A DNA stretch of 64,000 bases from Isurus oxyrinchus (lineage: Eukaryota): positions 11,036,001-11,100,000 of the forward strand of contig JANJGN010000038.1 in NCBI GenBank assembly GCA_026770705.1, read 5' to 3'. Of this stretch, positions 13,151 to 24,445 are shown in pieces; the stretch's first letter is position 1; the number at the start of each line of letters is the position of its first letter. Below the pieces are notes generated by a model that saw only the letters and a program-made list of their open reading frames with translations, made no database searches and was not told the DNA's origin. Position numbers and translations under genes: made by a program.

Positions 13151-15520
13151 ATCGATTCCCACAGTTCCTAGCGACCGAAGAAAGGCTCATTGCACTTCTG
13201 GTCTACATGTGGCATTTATTTTTTACCATTCCTATCTGTTGAAGTGCAAATACTGTCTGTCTCTCCTATTCCAAACATCTTCCTGGAGCTAATCTTTATC
13301 AGGTTTTGCAGTCGACCATCTTCAACAGCTTTGTTTCCTCCACAAATTCGGCCATTGTTGTTGTGTCTTTGAGCTTCGGGTCATTATCAACAGCATTAAA
13401 AAAATAGGTTCAAATAAGGAGACTCTAGATTATCCACTTTAGGCCAATTCATCTCTGTATCCATGCCGTATAGGCACTATGCATCAACATGCTAGTAACA
13501 CCTTGTGAAATATATCCACCGATTCTAGCAACTGATTCCTAGATGAACTACGTGCAAGGACTGAAAAAGCCAAGTGTATCGCATCCATTAAATGGATCCT
13601 ACCTGGTGAAGTTGAATGGTACAGACTCCCTTTCATGAACATCTTTCCACTATATATTGAGATTACTTTGCATCCATCTGTTCCATGGCTTTATTTGCAG
13701 CAACGGTTGCACAGCATTACACACTCTGAACATCAACTCAATACTTTGTACTTTCCTGGATCAAATTGGCATCTGCTTTTCTGGAGCACCAACCACTCTT
13801 TAATGGTCAGGACTTTCTCTTTGATTTGTGTGCGGCACCCTGCAATGTGCTTACGTATTTGGATAAGGAAGCTCGATTAAAGTTAACTGGCCACTTAGGT
13901 CGACGAATCAGAATTGAATTTTGGACAGCTGTTCATCAACCATGTTGATCGCAATGTGACCTGAGTCACAACGATTCTCTGACACACTCTAAAAAAAGTC
14001 ATTTTTTATCCATTAAATGCATGGAGGTGTTCTAATTATCTGCAAGAAATTCGCCTATTCCCACGTCTCTACTACCTATAAAAGTATGTATTTCTGAGTC
14101 CCAATTATTGATCATTGAAAATTTGTCTCTCTCAATATCCCACTCCAATAACATGAAAAAAAATACAATATTAATTTATTGTGCTCTCTTCGGAGACTGT
14201 TTATATATGCAAGAGGAAATGCTGGACACATTTCGTTGACTGGATAACATCTCTGGATTGAGAACAAAAAAACAGGTAACCGTTTCAGGTTGATGAGCTA
14301 TCAACGGAACTGCAAAAGTGTTAGGGGTGTTTTATGGACGTGCTGATTGGACGTTCAGTCAACATGCGTGGATCTTCAGTGGACATATTCGTGAAAAATT
14401 CTTCTTGAACATTTAATCAGTTGAAATTTCCCAATCATCTGCAAATGTTGCGGCATTTATCTCAATGGGCATTCCTAGATTTATGAAGCATTACCATTCT
14501 GGATGACCCCGAGTCTTAATCTCATTTAAGATCATTATTTCCAACCAATTGTTTGCCTCGGCTTAATCTTCCTACCAAATTACAGCACTTCAATCTTGGT
14601 CAGAATTAAATTACTTTGCCATTTATCCTCATATGTTTCTGATATTCTTGTATTTGGTCACTTTCATCCTTAGCATTAGCAAAACCTCAACCCTTCCTAA
14701 GTTAGCGTGGTACGCATTTTTTTTTATACTATACTTCCCAGCACTGAGATCATCTCATTCAAGTCCATGGTGGAAAATTGTGGCTAAAGTTGCTATCACC
14801 ATGGATTATTACTGCTACTTGGCACCCGTAGTAATAACTATATCCAATTCCTGCTCTCTGTATTTCTTTTCTGTTTGTTTTACTTTGGTAGTAGAGGTTA
14901 AAAAACCACTGGGAATATCTGGACTTTTTAAATAAGTTATTCATGGTGACCTGTGTATGCACAAGCTGAACACGTGGTAGAAGCAGACTGGATAATATTT
15001 CTTCCAAAAATGAATCACTATTCAGAAAAGAAAATAAATTACTTTGAGAAAGAGCATTGGAACCGGACAAATGGAATAGCACTTTCAGGAAAAGGAATAA
15101 TGGGTGTACTGGCTTCCATCTGTGCAGTGCAATGCTATGCGTTGTTATCCATTCAGCTACCGTAAAACTGAAATAAAATGTTAGTAATTTTATCCTCAAA
15201 TAAATAAACGGCAATAAAATGGTAGGCAAACTTGCACAAGTCAAAAAAGCAACGGCGTAAACGTAACAAAAAACACTGGATTTTGAAGACGTGAATGTTC
15301 AGATGAAATGGCGTTGATTTGAAACCTTGGCTTTCCATCTTTCTCCTCGTGAGTGTTATCTGTTTCTATGTAATAACAGGTACTTTCACATGGATAAATT
15401 CCAGCTTCATTCCGACATCGCATGATTTTAAATGTATTACATGATTTGTTGTTGTTATTTTTTTTTTGCTGAGATTAATTGAGGTTCCCATTGGCCAACC
15501 CCTCGGTAATATCCATGTAG

Positions 15521-15648
15521 ATTCAATAGACCGCATCTGGATTGAAGGTTATGAGGACGATAACGGCAACATCTGGACAATAGCTCCAACATTCATTGTC
15601 CTGTTCTTCCTGAGCATTTTCGACAGCGCTGCCGTCACTCTGGTAAAG
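15521..15648 (+). pseudogene. Immunoglobulin heavy-chain (IgM-type) membrane exon TM1, orphan and probably non-functional
   Basis: Acceptor catgtag| (phase 1) precedes (D)SIDRIWIEGYEDDNGNIWTIAPTFIVLFFLSIFDSAAVTLVK, and donor |gtgaga follows. The acidic spacer plus WT.A.TFIVLFFLS.F.S..VTL.K matches the membrane IgM consensus ([29 protein letters not shown]). Confidence 0.92.
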
Positions 15649-15795
15649 GTGAGAATATTCAATCCTAGTGGATTGAACACTACAATCTGACAGAAGCGGT
15701 TTGAAAACTTTCTAAACATCTCAACAATTAAAAACTATAATATGAATGCACCAGATCATAAACATCTGCTTCATTATTTTCTGCCTCTTTTACAG

Positions 15796-15804
15796 ATCAA
15801 GTGA
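15796..15804 (+). pseudogene. IgH membrane exon TM2 (coding part IK-stop)
   Basis: A polypyrimidine acceptor ttttctgcctcttttacag| is followed by ATC AAG TGA, after a 147-bp intron from TM1. This gives a K-I-K cytoplasmic tail (canonical K-V-K). Confidence 0.85.
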
Positions 15805-15999
15805 TCGGTTGAATTTGGACCCTGTAGCTTTTCCTCAGCTGTTTATTCAGATCTCTGTATTCCAATATAAAATATGTTGTCTTGGTGATTCTAAAGGTGA
15901 AATGTCTTCACTTTGTGATCCCGAATCTGTAACCGAACCTGTAGCAGTATTTCCTTTTTCATGTATGAAATGTGAGAGATGATAATGGTTGTAATGTAA

Positions 16000-16450
16000 T
16001 TGTAGCATCTAATTTCCCTAGAGGTAGGATTTCAATTGTAATTAAGTAACGTTTCCATTCGTTATTCATTATTGCCCGCTTCCCTTTCCTTTGAACCACA
16101 GTTTTCTCTTTCTGATCTATGTTCCAGTGGTACATACAATTTACCAACTCAGCGTGCATGTGTTCTGTTCCCAACGTGACCTCAGGCATTATATTCACTT
16201 CTGTTAACTTTAAAATAAACTTTCTTGTGAAATATTCTCTGATATTACTAATAAAATGGAATGAAAAGTGGACTAACTGTGACTTTGCTGGATTCCTTTC
16301 TCCAAGGCCCATTCACACCGCTCCATTTTCCCTATTACGCATTTCTCCCAGTTTTACCAGTCTTGTCTGGGATGTGTTTGCACCGAAGACCCCATTGGGC
16401 CACCCATCTTCCCATCCGTGTAAGGAGACCTTTACCTCTGCCTGTTTCTG
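16000..16450 (-). mobile_element. Possible decayed retropepsin-like relic of an LTR retroelement
   Basis: One minus frame reads AEVKVSLHGWEDGWPNGVFGANTS...*MGLG...LVHFSF...PEVTLGTEHM. This loosely follows the D(T/S)GA..S / GLG / ILG.D pattern but lacks the catalytic Asp. Confidence 0.3.
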
Positions 16451-17208
16451 GCAATTGCCCGAGGCGGAATGATTGAACAGGGAAGGTCACCTCGGTGATT
16501 TCACTCTGGGTGGTCACAGTCACATGTCTGGTAATTCTAAGCTATAGTGTTCGGCTTCATTATATTATGATATAGGACAGGAAATTGGAGCAGAAAACTT
16601 CCTTTAAAATACCCCATCAAACACTCCCACCGTTGGTGCAATCATGGTCAGAAAAAAGGTAAAGATCCCTCTGCATTGTCCGATTAAACACTTTGAAGTG
16701 GGGATGCCACAAGCTAGATATATAACACAGGCAGAATATGGAGCACAAACCACGGGATGTTTCCAGGGACTGGGGCGTGTCTGGCACTGATATATTATTA
16801 AGTACAAATCCTGCAATTTATTACAGAGCTTTAGGTCTATTCGACATACGGGGTGTCAAAACCGTGAAAATACTCAAAGGTGGGGTCTAACTTTATGCTG
16901 CAAGTAACCATGAACATGGGGCTTGTTCACAGACCCTGGGGCCAATCGGATACTGAGACACTGGCTTTGCATTTTCTCTTAAATAAACAAACAGATATAG
17001 CCCGCACCTCGCCCTGGCCCACCCCTTTCCGTTTGGCATATACACGGTCCTTATTCGGGTAAACACAGGCCAACTCTCCACTTCCACCTTTTCTGTTAAA
17101 TCCATTAGCGCTGTCATTCTCCCTTCTGCTGTGATAATGAACTGTATCCCTGATCAGCTCATTCCTACTAATACCATCTCCCTGAACTCGCTGAACATCA
17201 CCCCAGGG

Positions 17209-17422
17209 GTAAACACAGAAAACGCTGAAATTATCAGCAAGTCAGATAGAATCTGTGGAGACAGGAACAGAGTGGTCTTCTCGAGACGTTATGACCCTTC
17301 TTCAGATGGACTCGAAACGTCAACTCTGTTTCTCTCTCCTCAGATGCTGTTAGGCCTGATGAGTTTTTCCAGCAATTTTTGTTTTTGTTTCAGATTTCCA
17401 GCATCCGCAGTATTTTGCATTT
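17209..17422. mobile_element. Fold-back (inverted-repeat) Penelope-terminus-derived insertion flanked by a 12-bp direct repeat
   Basis: Left arm aatctgtggagacaggaacagagt pairs with right arm actctgtttctctctcctcagat. ATCACCCCAGGG flanks the insertion at 17197-17208 and 17423-17434. Confidence 0.75.
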
Positions 17423-17774
17423 ATCACCCCAGGGATTTCGTTCTACCTTCTTCATCGTTTCGTCAGACGATACTTCAGAGCCTCCCGATCACGGGAATAA
17501 CAGCAGAAGTTTCTCTTCATATCCCACTATCTTCCAATGTTTTCCTTCTGAAACTGAGCCACTTTTATCTAATGCCCCAGAGTTCAGGCACGAGGTTCCT
17601 TGTTGTTGAATATAGGAAGGGTTCGGCAGAGAAAACTTACCTACACATCTTCAAGACTCGGAATGATATTTATGAATGAGTGGAGTTAATGCTTAAACCC
17701 TTTCTCTCTCCCAATCTCTCTCCCTTCCTCTACTGCAATGGCATTCAGGACATCTGAATCAACAACAGAAAAGG

Positions 17775-18005
17775 TTCTAAAAACGCAAAGGTTCTTAAAG
17801 CATCTGTGGAGAAAAATATAGTGTTAACGTTTTGAGCCTGCATGATTCTACTTCAGAGTCTTCTTATCTAAATAAAAGTCGGACAGACTCAAAACGTTAA
17901 TCCCATCTTTCTCTCCAAAGATGCTGTTGGACTTGCTGTGTTTTTCCAGCATTTTCTGTTTTAGTTTTAGATTTCCAGAAACTGCAGCAATATTTTGCTT
18001 TTTCC
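17775..18005. mobile_element. Second fold-back element of the same family; further copies at ~43410-43680, ~48405-48545 and ~57900-58110
   Basis: Inverted arms agcatctgtggaga...gttaacgtttt and aaaacgttaa...tctccaaagatgct, followed by the tail gatttccag...tattttgctttt. Confidence 0.7.
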
Positions 18006-18059
18006 ATTTAGGACTTCCCTCGTCTGGTGGCTGCATTTTTCTTTCACCACTGCCATTGC

Positions 18060-18490
18060 ACATGGGATTGGGGATGGTGTATTGCGATGGATAGAAAACT
18101 GGTTGTCAGACAGGAAATAAAGAGTAGGAAGAAACTGTTGTTTTTCTGAATGGCAGGCAGTGACTAGTGGGCAACCGCAGTGATCGGTGCTGGGACTACA
18201 GCTATTCACAATATATATTAATCATTTAGATGCGGGAGCTAAATGTAACATCTCCAAATTTGCAGATGACACAAAGCTGGGTGGGAGGGTGAGCACTGAG
18301 GAGGATGCAGACATGCTTCAGTGTGATTTGGACAAGCTGAGTCAGTAGGCAAATGCATGGCAGATGCAATATAACGTGGATTATTGTGGGGTTATCCGTT
18401 TTGGTAGCAAAAACAGTAAGGCGGATTATTTTCTGAATGACTATAAATTGAGAGAGGGGAATGTGCAACGGGACCTGGGTGTCCTTGTTG
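18060..18490 (+). mobile_element. CR1-type LINE RT fragment
   Basis: Peptides WIENWLSDRK*RV, SVLGLQLFTIYINHLD, ISKFADDTKLGG and RDLGVLV. Confidence 0.85.
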
Positions 18491-18568
18491 TTTCAGCAGA
18501 ATGGATGTGTGAGTGAATCACTTGTAGCCACCGGAGCAACTGAACAACTGCTTCCCAGTGGGAACAGA
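18490..18568 (-). pseudogene. Single degenerate C2H2 zinc-finger fragment
   Basis: The minus strand reads VPTGKQLFSCSGGYK*FTHTSILLK, compared with consensus [25 protein letters not shown]. Confidence 0.45.
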
Positions 18569-19089
18569 CAATTAGAGTTTCGACGGATCCATTCTTTCTT
18601 CTGTTGTTCGTTCAGTGCTGTAAACATCATCCCAGGCATTCTCTGCTATGCCCCGCCCCCTCCACACCGACAGGGAGATCCTGGTGTATTGGTAATGTCA
18701 CGATGCGGATAAGCTAAAAAGACTGAAGAAATGTTCAAACCCCGTTACAGCAACTGGCTGAATTTCCGTCAAAAAATCAGGAGTTGAAACCCTTTCACGA
18801 ATGGGGATGATTTTGGTCTAAATATGAAATCTCTGGTAATCTCCAAGAATTCCCCACATTCTGGCGGCTCCACGAGATTCCATACTCACAGCAATGTGGC
18901 TGGTCCTGAAATAGTCTGGACACCGTGAGTTATATTAAACCGCTGCAGACAAGCCAGACCGGATGGAGCACTTCTCTTCAAGAATGTCCCCACCAACACC
19001 TTCCCCAGGGAAATGAGGGATGGCAATAAATACTGGCTTTGTCCACAATGCTCCCTTCAAATAAACAATGCAAAAAAAATCCAAACCTA

Positions 19090-20120
19090 TTGCATGGAAA
19101 CAGAGGAACAGGAGAATGCCATTCAGCCCATCGAACCTGTCCCACCTTTCATTGTGATCATGGATGATCTTCCACTTCAACATCTTTTTCCCGCACTATC
19201 CCCATACCTTTTATACCTTTGGTATTTAGAAATCTGCCAATATCTGCTTTAAACATACTCAATGATAGAACTTCCATAGCTCTCTGGGATGCAGAATTCC
19301 AAAGGTTTGCAAACTTCTGAGTAAAAAAGCAATTCTCCTCATGTCAGTCGTAGTGGCTTTCCACTTATTTTGAAATTGTGTCCCCTGGTTCTAGAATCCC
19401 CAACCAGGAGAAACATCTGACCTGCGTTTACAATTTCCTCCGTTCAGGTGTTTTGTTTGTGTTAATGAGATGTTTTTGCTCATTTTTCGAAAATCTAGAG
19501 AATACAGGTCCAGTGTCCCCAATCCTTCTTCACAGGATAGTCACACCATCCCTGATGCAAGTCTGGTGAGCCTTCGATTCACTCCCTCAATGACAATTAC
19601 ACCCTTCCGAAGGTAAGGGGGCCACACCTGCACATTGTACCCGAGGGGTGGCCTAACCAAGATTATATACAAAAGAAACGAGACTTCGCTACTGCTGTAT
19701 CCAAATCCTCTTGTGATAAAGACTGACATTCCATTCGCCTTCCTAATTGCTTCATATGTATGTGAGGTTTCAGAGACTTATTGATGAGGGCACCCAGGCC
19801 CCCTTGCACAGCTACATTTTCTTGGATCTGACGTTTTATGAAATAATCTGCACATCTGTTGATCATACCAAACTGGTTAACCTCACATTCTTCCAGGTTA
19901 AATTTAATCTTTTCTGTTCTGTCCCCATCACTAAGTCAGTCCAAATCGCCTTGAAACTGCTTTTCACCTTCCTCACAACACACGTTCCCATCAAGCTTTG
20001 TGTCATCCTCCAACTTGGAAATATTACATTTGACGCACACATCCAAATCATTGATATGTTGTGAACAGCTGGCTCTCAAGTGGTGTTCCTTGCAGTACCC
20101 CACTGGCCACATGCTGACAA
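19090..20120 (-). mobile_element. CR1-type LINE 3' part
   Basis: Peptides LVRPPLGYNVQVWPPYLRK and FSKLEDDTKL, plus the tail ttcagcccatcgaacctgtcccacc. Confidence 0.82.
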
Positions 20121-21038
20121 AGTTTGATATTTCACTCTAAACACCCGCCCCCACCCCAGCACCATAAACCCCACAACAAAAAAGCCCCCACTTAGGCCGC
20201 CAGCCCCCCTCACCCCACACCTCACACTTTGAAATGACATGCTTCAGTTACTGCTGCAGCAGGAGGAAGCCTTTGGATCACCTAAGAGTGCCACAACACT
20301 GATGGAAGCCCTTGAAGCATTCGTCTGTTTCTCGCTACACAAAGGTAGCGAGGGCTGCTGATTATTCCCAGCATTTCTGTTTTTTTTTTCAGATCCGAGC
20401 ACATTGCCCCCCCCCCCCCCCCCCCCCCCCCACCCTCTCTCTCTCCTCTCCTGAACATCCTTTTTCAGGCTGGGTTCAGAGTGACATTTGAATTGACGAA
20501 TTTCACTGGAACATAACTTATGCAGTGGAAATACACCATTATTTGAAACGAGGAGACTTGCCGCTCCGAGGTTCTGTAACTGTTCAGCTCTAAAAACACT
20601 GGAATAAAATCACAGAAAGAATTTGAAAAGCTAACATCACTGACCTTCGAACCTCTAGAAAACACCGTCCCATCTGCAGATTGGTCCGAAATGTTTTGAA
20701 CAAGGTTTCCCTGTGATACTGCAGCATGTCCGCCCCTGGACTGTAACCTGCCTGAGTGGCCTTTTCCTCCAAAACCCCTTTGCGTAATGACATGAAACTC
20801 GAGCCTGGTGGGTGGGAATTTCACACACCATGCCCAAGGACAACAGGAGAGTTGGAATAGCCTGAAAACCAGCAGGACAAACAGGACTGAGGTAAATTAC
20901 TTCCCAAATGCACCGTTTCTGTTAGTCATTGAATCCTGGCGGTGAAAGATGAAAACTGGCCTCACCCTGTGCTCATCACCGAGGTGAAGAGATTGGGAAT
21001 AAAACAGGGTCAACTCGTATTGATAATGGATATTCTTG

Positions 21039-21933
21039 TCACTGTTTAATAAATTTAACAATTACAGAAAAGGGATATTTCACCACATTCTTCAATTGCT
21101 GAATTGAGTCTGGGTCACTGCATAAATGGCCGTGTTAGTGCAACAACTTAGGAGCTGAATTTAAATCCCAGTTCCTGCACAAACCTAGGAAGGTATACAG
21201 GAATAGCATCTAACAAATATAGTCTATTACAAACAAAATGTATCATAAAACTACCCACAACAGGATAAAATTCCCCGATAAAGCAAATAGTAAAATGATG
21301 GATTTCCTGCGTTTCTCCATCTGTGGGTCCCTGGGTCTCTCCCCACTGCAGTGAGCCCGGAGCCTCCTGCGGCCTCTGCTCAACACTAAAATATATCTGA
21401 CAGTTAAAGCGTTCAACATCAAAATCAAAACAAGTGGCGCAAATGGTGTTAAAATATAATGAAGACATTCGATTGTTGCCCACATTGATGAGAATTCAGC
21501 ATCCGTCACTAATGTGCAAAACCAAGGAGCATTGGAAAGCGAATATTGACCTACATACATAAAGTACCAGAATGTATCCTTCACACAGAATAGCAGACTG
21601 ACTGTTCCGAGAACCACAGCCGCCACATGCTCTGTGCAATATTTTTTTTCAACTTCTGGGAACAAATAGCCAGAAATCTATCAAAGGTGAAAGAGACTGT
21701 GAACCAGACAGAACAATCTGTGGCCGCATAAAGCAGGACTGCATGGATATTATACACTTTAAACCTCGACAAGAACTGAAACTGAGCCCAGTAAATAATA
21801 GCAATTTGCCTGAATATGAGATCAAGGATAACGACCAGTAGATCCGCGGTTGCCATGGACACCAGGTGAAGGGAAAGACATTTTGAGAGACCGCACCTTC
21901 CCGGAGACAGGGTCACAATAGTCAGTATGTTCA
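21039..21933 (-). pseudogene. GPR139/142-like GPCR exon 2, pseudogene (copy B)
   Basis: Acceptor cttacag|TG precedes NILTIVTLSPGRCGLSKC...ATDCSVWFTVSFTFDRFLAIC. Frameshifts at ~21645, ~21248, ~21160 and ~21100 separate KYCTE..., RDPQMEKRRKSIILLF..., LLSCCTNTAIYAVTQTQF and KNVVKYPF...KQ*. Confidence 0.92.
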
Positions 21934-22679
21934 CTGTAAGGAGGAGAAAGGCATGATAGTTATTGTTTAACTTAGAGCAACTGTTACAGACTGATGGAGT
22001 GACATTTGAACAGAGTTATCCAAGAGCAGAATCTAATTACTTTACCAGTGTTTGAGCTTTACGCTGGAGGGAGTGTTTCGAGTTAAACACCATCCTGTTG
22101 TAGCAGGAAACCAAATCCTGCAGCAGGTCCCATCGCCACTTCCCTAAATTATTCATGGAATTCGGAGTGAAAATCATTCACCCCATTACTAGTCCTGCTC
22201 AATATCCCATGAACATGCTGCAAACTGCATCACAACGATATGTAAGATGGGCTGTGATTTGTACTCAAGGAAAATTGTTCATTTATTTTTGAGAAGACAT
22301 TTGAGTGGAACATTAAGGTTGTGTAAAGAAGTAAATACAGATTTGAATTCAGAAATTGTATTTCAAATCAGGATGTCCAAATGTGCCTTGCTGATAATTA
22401 TTGACTTCGCCAAAAGGCACAATGAACGCTTAGACTGTATCCCAGTAACAAATAGACTCTCGAAAATAGATAAAGAACAGGGAGATAAATGGATCGCTAG
22501 ACTGAAGAAAATAAATTAGAGATTGAATCAGAGCTGGATATTGGCCAACACTAAGGAACAGCAGAGAGTGGCAGAACCCAAAATCAGGCTGGCTAGCAGG
22601 AGAGAATTTACCAATGGATCGGATATCTGTGTTTTGGGCCAGGAATTAAATGGGTCAGTGGTTGGGAAATGAAGTTGTT

Positions 22680-23160
22680 ACATAAGAATGCAAGAACTAG
22701 GAGCAAGAGCAAGCCATATTTCCCTTTGGCCAACTCTAATGTTCACTAAGCCCATGGCCATTCTTCGACCTCTACTTTCCAAAACTATCCCCATTTATCT
22801 TAATGGCCTTAGAGCAGAAAGACCTACCGACCAACAGCCCTCGAGAGTTGATAATTCCAAAATTTCTCCACTTTCTGAGTGAAGAAGATTCTCTTCATCT
22901 CAATTCCAAATGGCCGACATCTTATCTCAGGGATCGAGTTCTCGACTCCCCACCTAAGGGAAACATTCTCTCAGCATCCATGCTATGAGGACACTAAATG
23001 ATTTTCTATGACACGATGAGATAATCACACATCCTTTCAATTTAAGAAGATGCATGTCAAATTTGATTGATGGATTGATTACTTAAGTATATTTTTCCTT
23101 AGGCAAGGAGGCCAAAACTGTACACATTAATCGATATGTTTTCTCACCAATTACATGCAT
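22680..23160 (-). mobile_element. CR1-type LINE 3' tail, decayed
   Basis: Shares blocks with 10090-10700, e.g. ggagcaagagcaagccat, gagtgaagaagattctc and ccaaaactgtacaca. Confidence 0.6.
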
Positions 23161-23239
23161 AATTCTATCAAAAGTTCCTTACTCGAATACAGGGAAGACT
23201 GCCATTTATTATCCTATTCACTTGCTATATTGCTGTATC

Positions 23240-24445
23240 CTAACCTCATTACAGCTTTGTTTCAAACATGGAAAAAAGAGCTGAACTCCCGGGGGAAGGT
23301 GAGAGTGGCTCCCCTTGACATGAAGGCAACATTTCGCAGAGTGTGGCATCAAGGGCCCCCAGCAAACCTGGAGTCAATGGGAATCAGGGGGGAAATCTCT
23401 GCTGCTTCTAACCATACCTAGCAGAAAGGAAGATGGTTGTGTTTGTTGGGGGTCGATCATCTCAGCGCTAGGACTTCACTGCAGCATTCCTTCAGGGTAC
23501 TGTCCTCGGCCCAACCATCTTCAGCTGCTTCATCAATGACCTTCCTTCCATCACACAGTCAGAAGTGGGATGTTCGCTACTGATTTCACAATGTTCAGCA
23601 CCACTAACGACTGGGGTACTGAAGTAGCCCATGCTCAAATGCAGCAAGAGCTGGACAATTACCAGGCTTGCACTGACATGTGGCAAGTATCTTGTGCACC
23701 GCTCAAGTGTCAGGCAATGACCATCTCCAACAAGGGAGAAACCAACCATCGCCCTTTGTCATTCAATGGCATTAACATCACTGAATCCCCCACTATCAAA
23801 TCCTGGGGTTTACCATTGACCAGAAACGGAAGTGAACGAGCCATATAAATACTATGGCTACAAGAGCAGATCAGAGGCAAGGAATATTGCGACGTGTAAC
23901 TCACCTCCTCACCGCCAAAGCCTGTCCATCATCTGCAAGGCACAAGTCAGGAGTGTAGTGGAATGCTCCTCCCTTGCTTGGATGGGTGCAGCTCCCAGAA
24001 CGCTCAAGAAGCTTGACACCATTCAGAGCAATGCACCTCGCTGGATTGGTAGCACATCCAAAAATATTTACACACTCCACCACTGTTGCATAGTAGCACC
24101 AGTGGGTTGCATCTCCAAGATGCATTGCAGGAACTCATCAAGGCTCTTTCAGCTGCACGTTCAAACCCCGACCACTACCATCTAGAAGGAGAAGGGGAGC
24201 AGACAGATGTGACCGCCACCAAACGGAAGTTCCCCTTCAAGTCATTCACCATTTTGACTTGGAAATATATTGCCGTTCCTTCACTGTCGCTGGGCCAAAA
24301 TCCTGGAATTCCCTTCAGAGCAGCACTCTGGGTGCACCTACACCCCGAAGACTGTAGCAGTTCAAGAAGGCAGCTCAGCACCACCTTCACAAGGGCAACT
24401 AGTGATGGGTAATAAATGCTGGTCCAGCCAACGAAGCACATTTCC
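23240..24445 (+). mobile_element. LINE (CR1/L2 clade), 5'-truncated, RT domain to 3' tail
   Basis: Peptides ELNSRGKVRVAPLDMKATFRRVWHQG, PQGTVLGPTIFSCFINDLPS, MFATD, KCQAMTISNK and KAQVRSVVECSSLAWMGAAP. It ends in aataaatgctgg...atgaatggataataa. Confidence 0.9.

Noticed and set aside
14790-14830. MDYYC motif suggesting a V segment end
   Set aside because: No upstream V framework and no RSS.
15466-15690. ORF start LRLIEVPIGQPLGNIHVDS resembling a retroviral integrase core
   Set aside because: That part is intron read-through. The downstream peptide and splice sites identify the IgH TM1 exon.
17131-17679. 182-aa ORF
   Set aside because: It runs through the fold-back repeat insertion and has no recognisable domain.
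20469-20760. Acceptor followed by WVQSDI, resembling an IgVH start
   Set aside because: An immediate stop, no Cys/Trp framework and no RSS.
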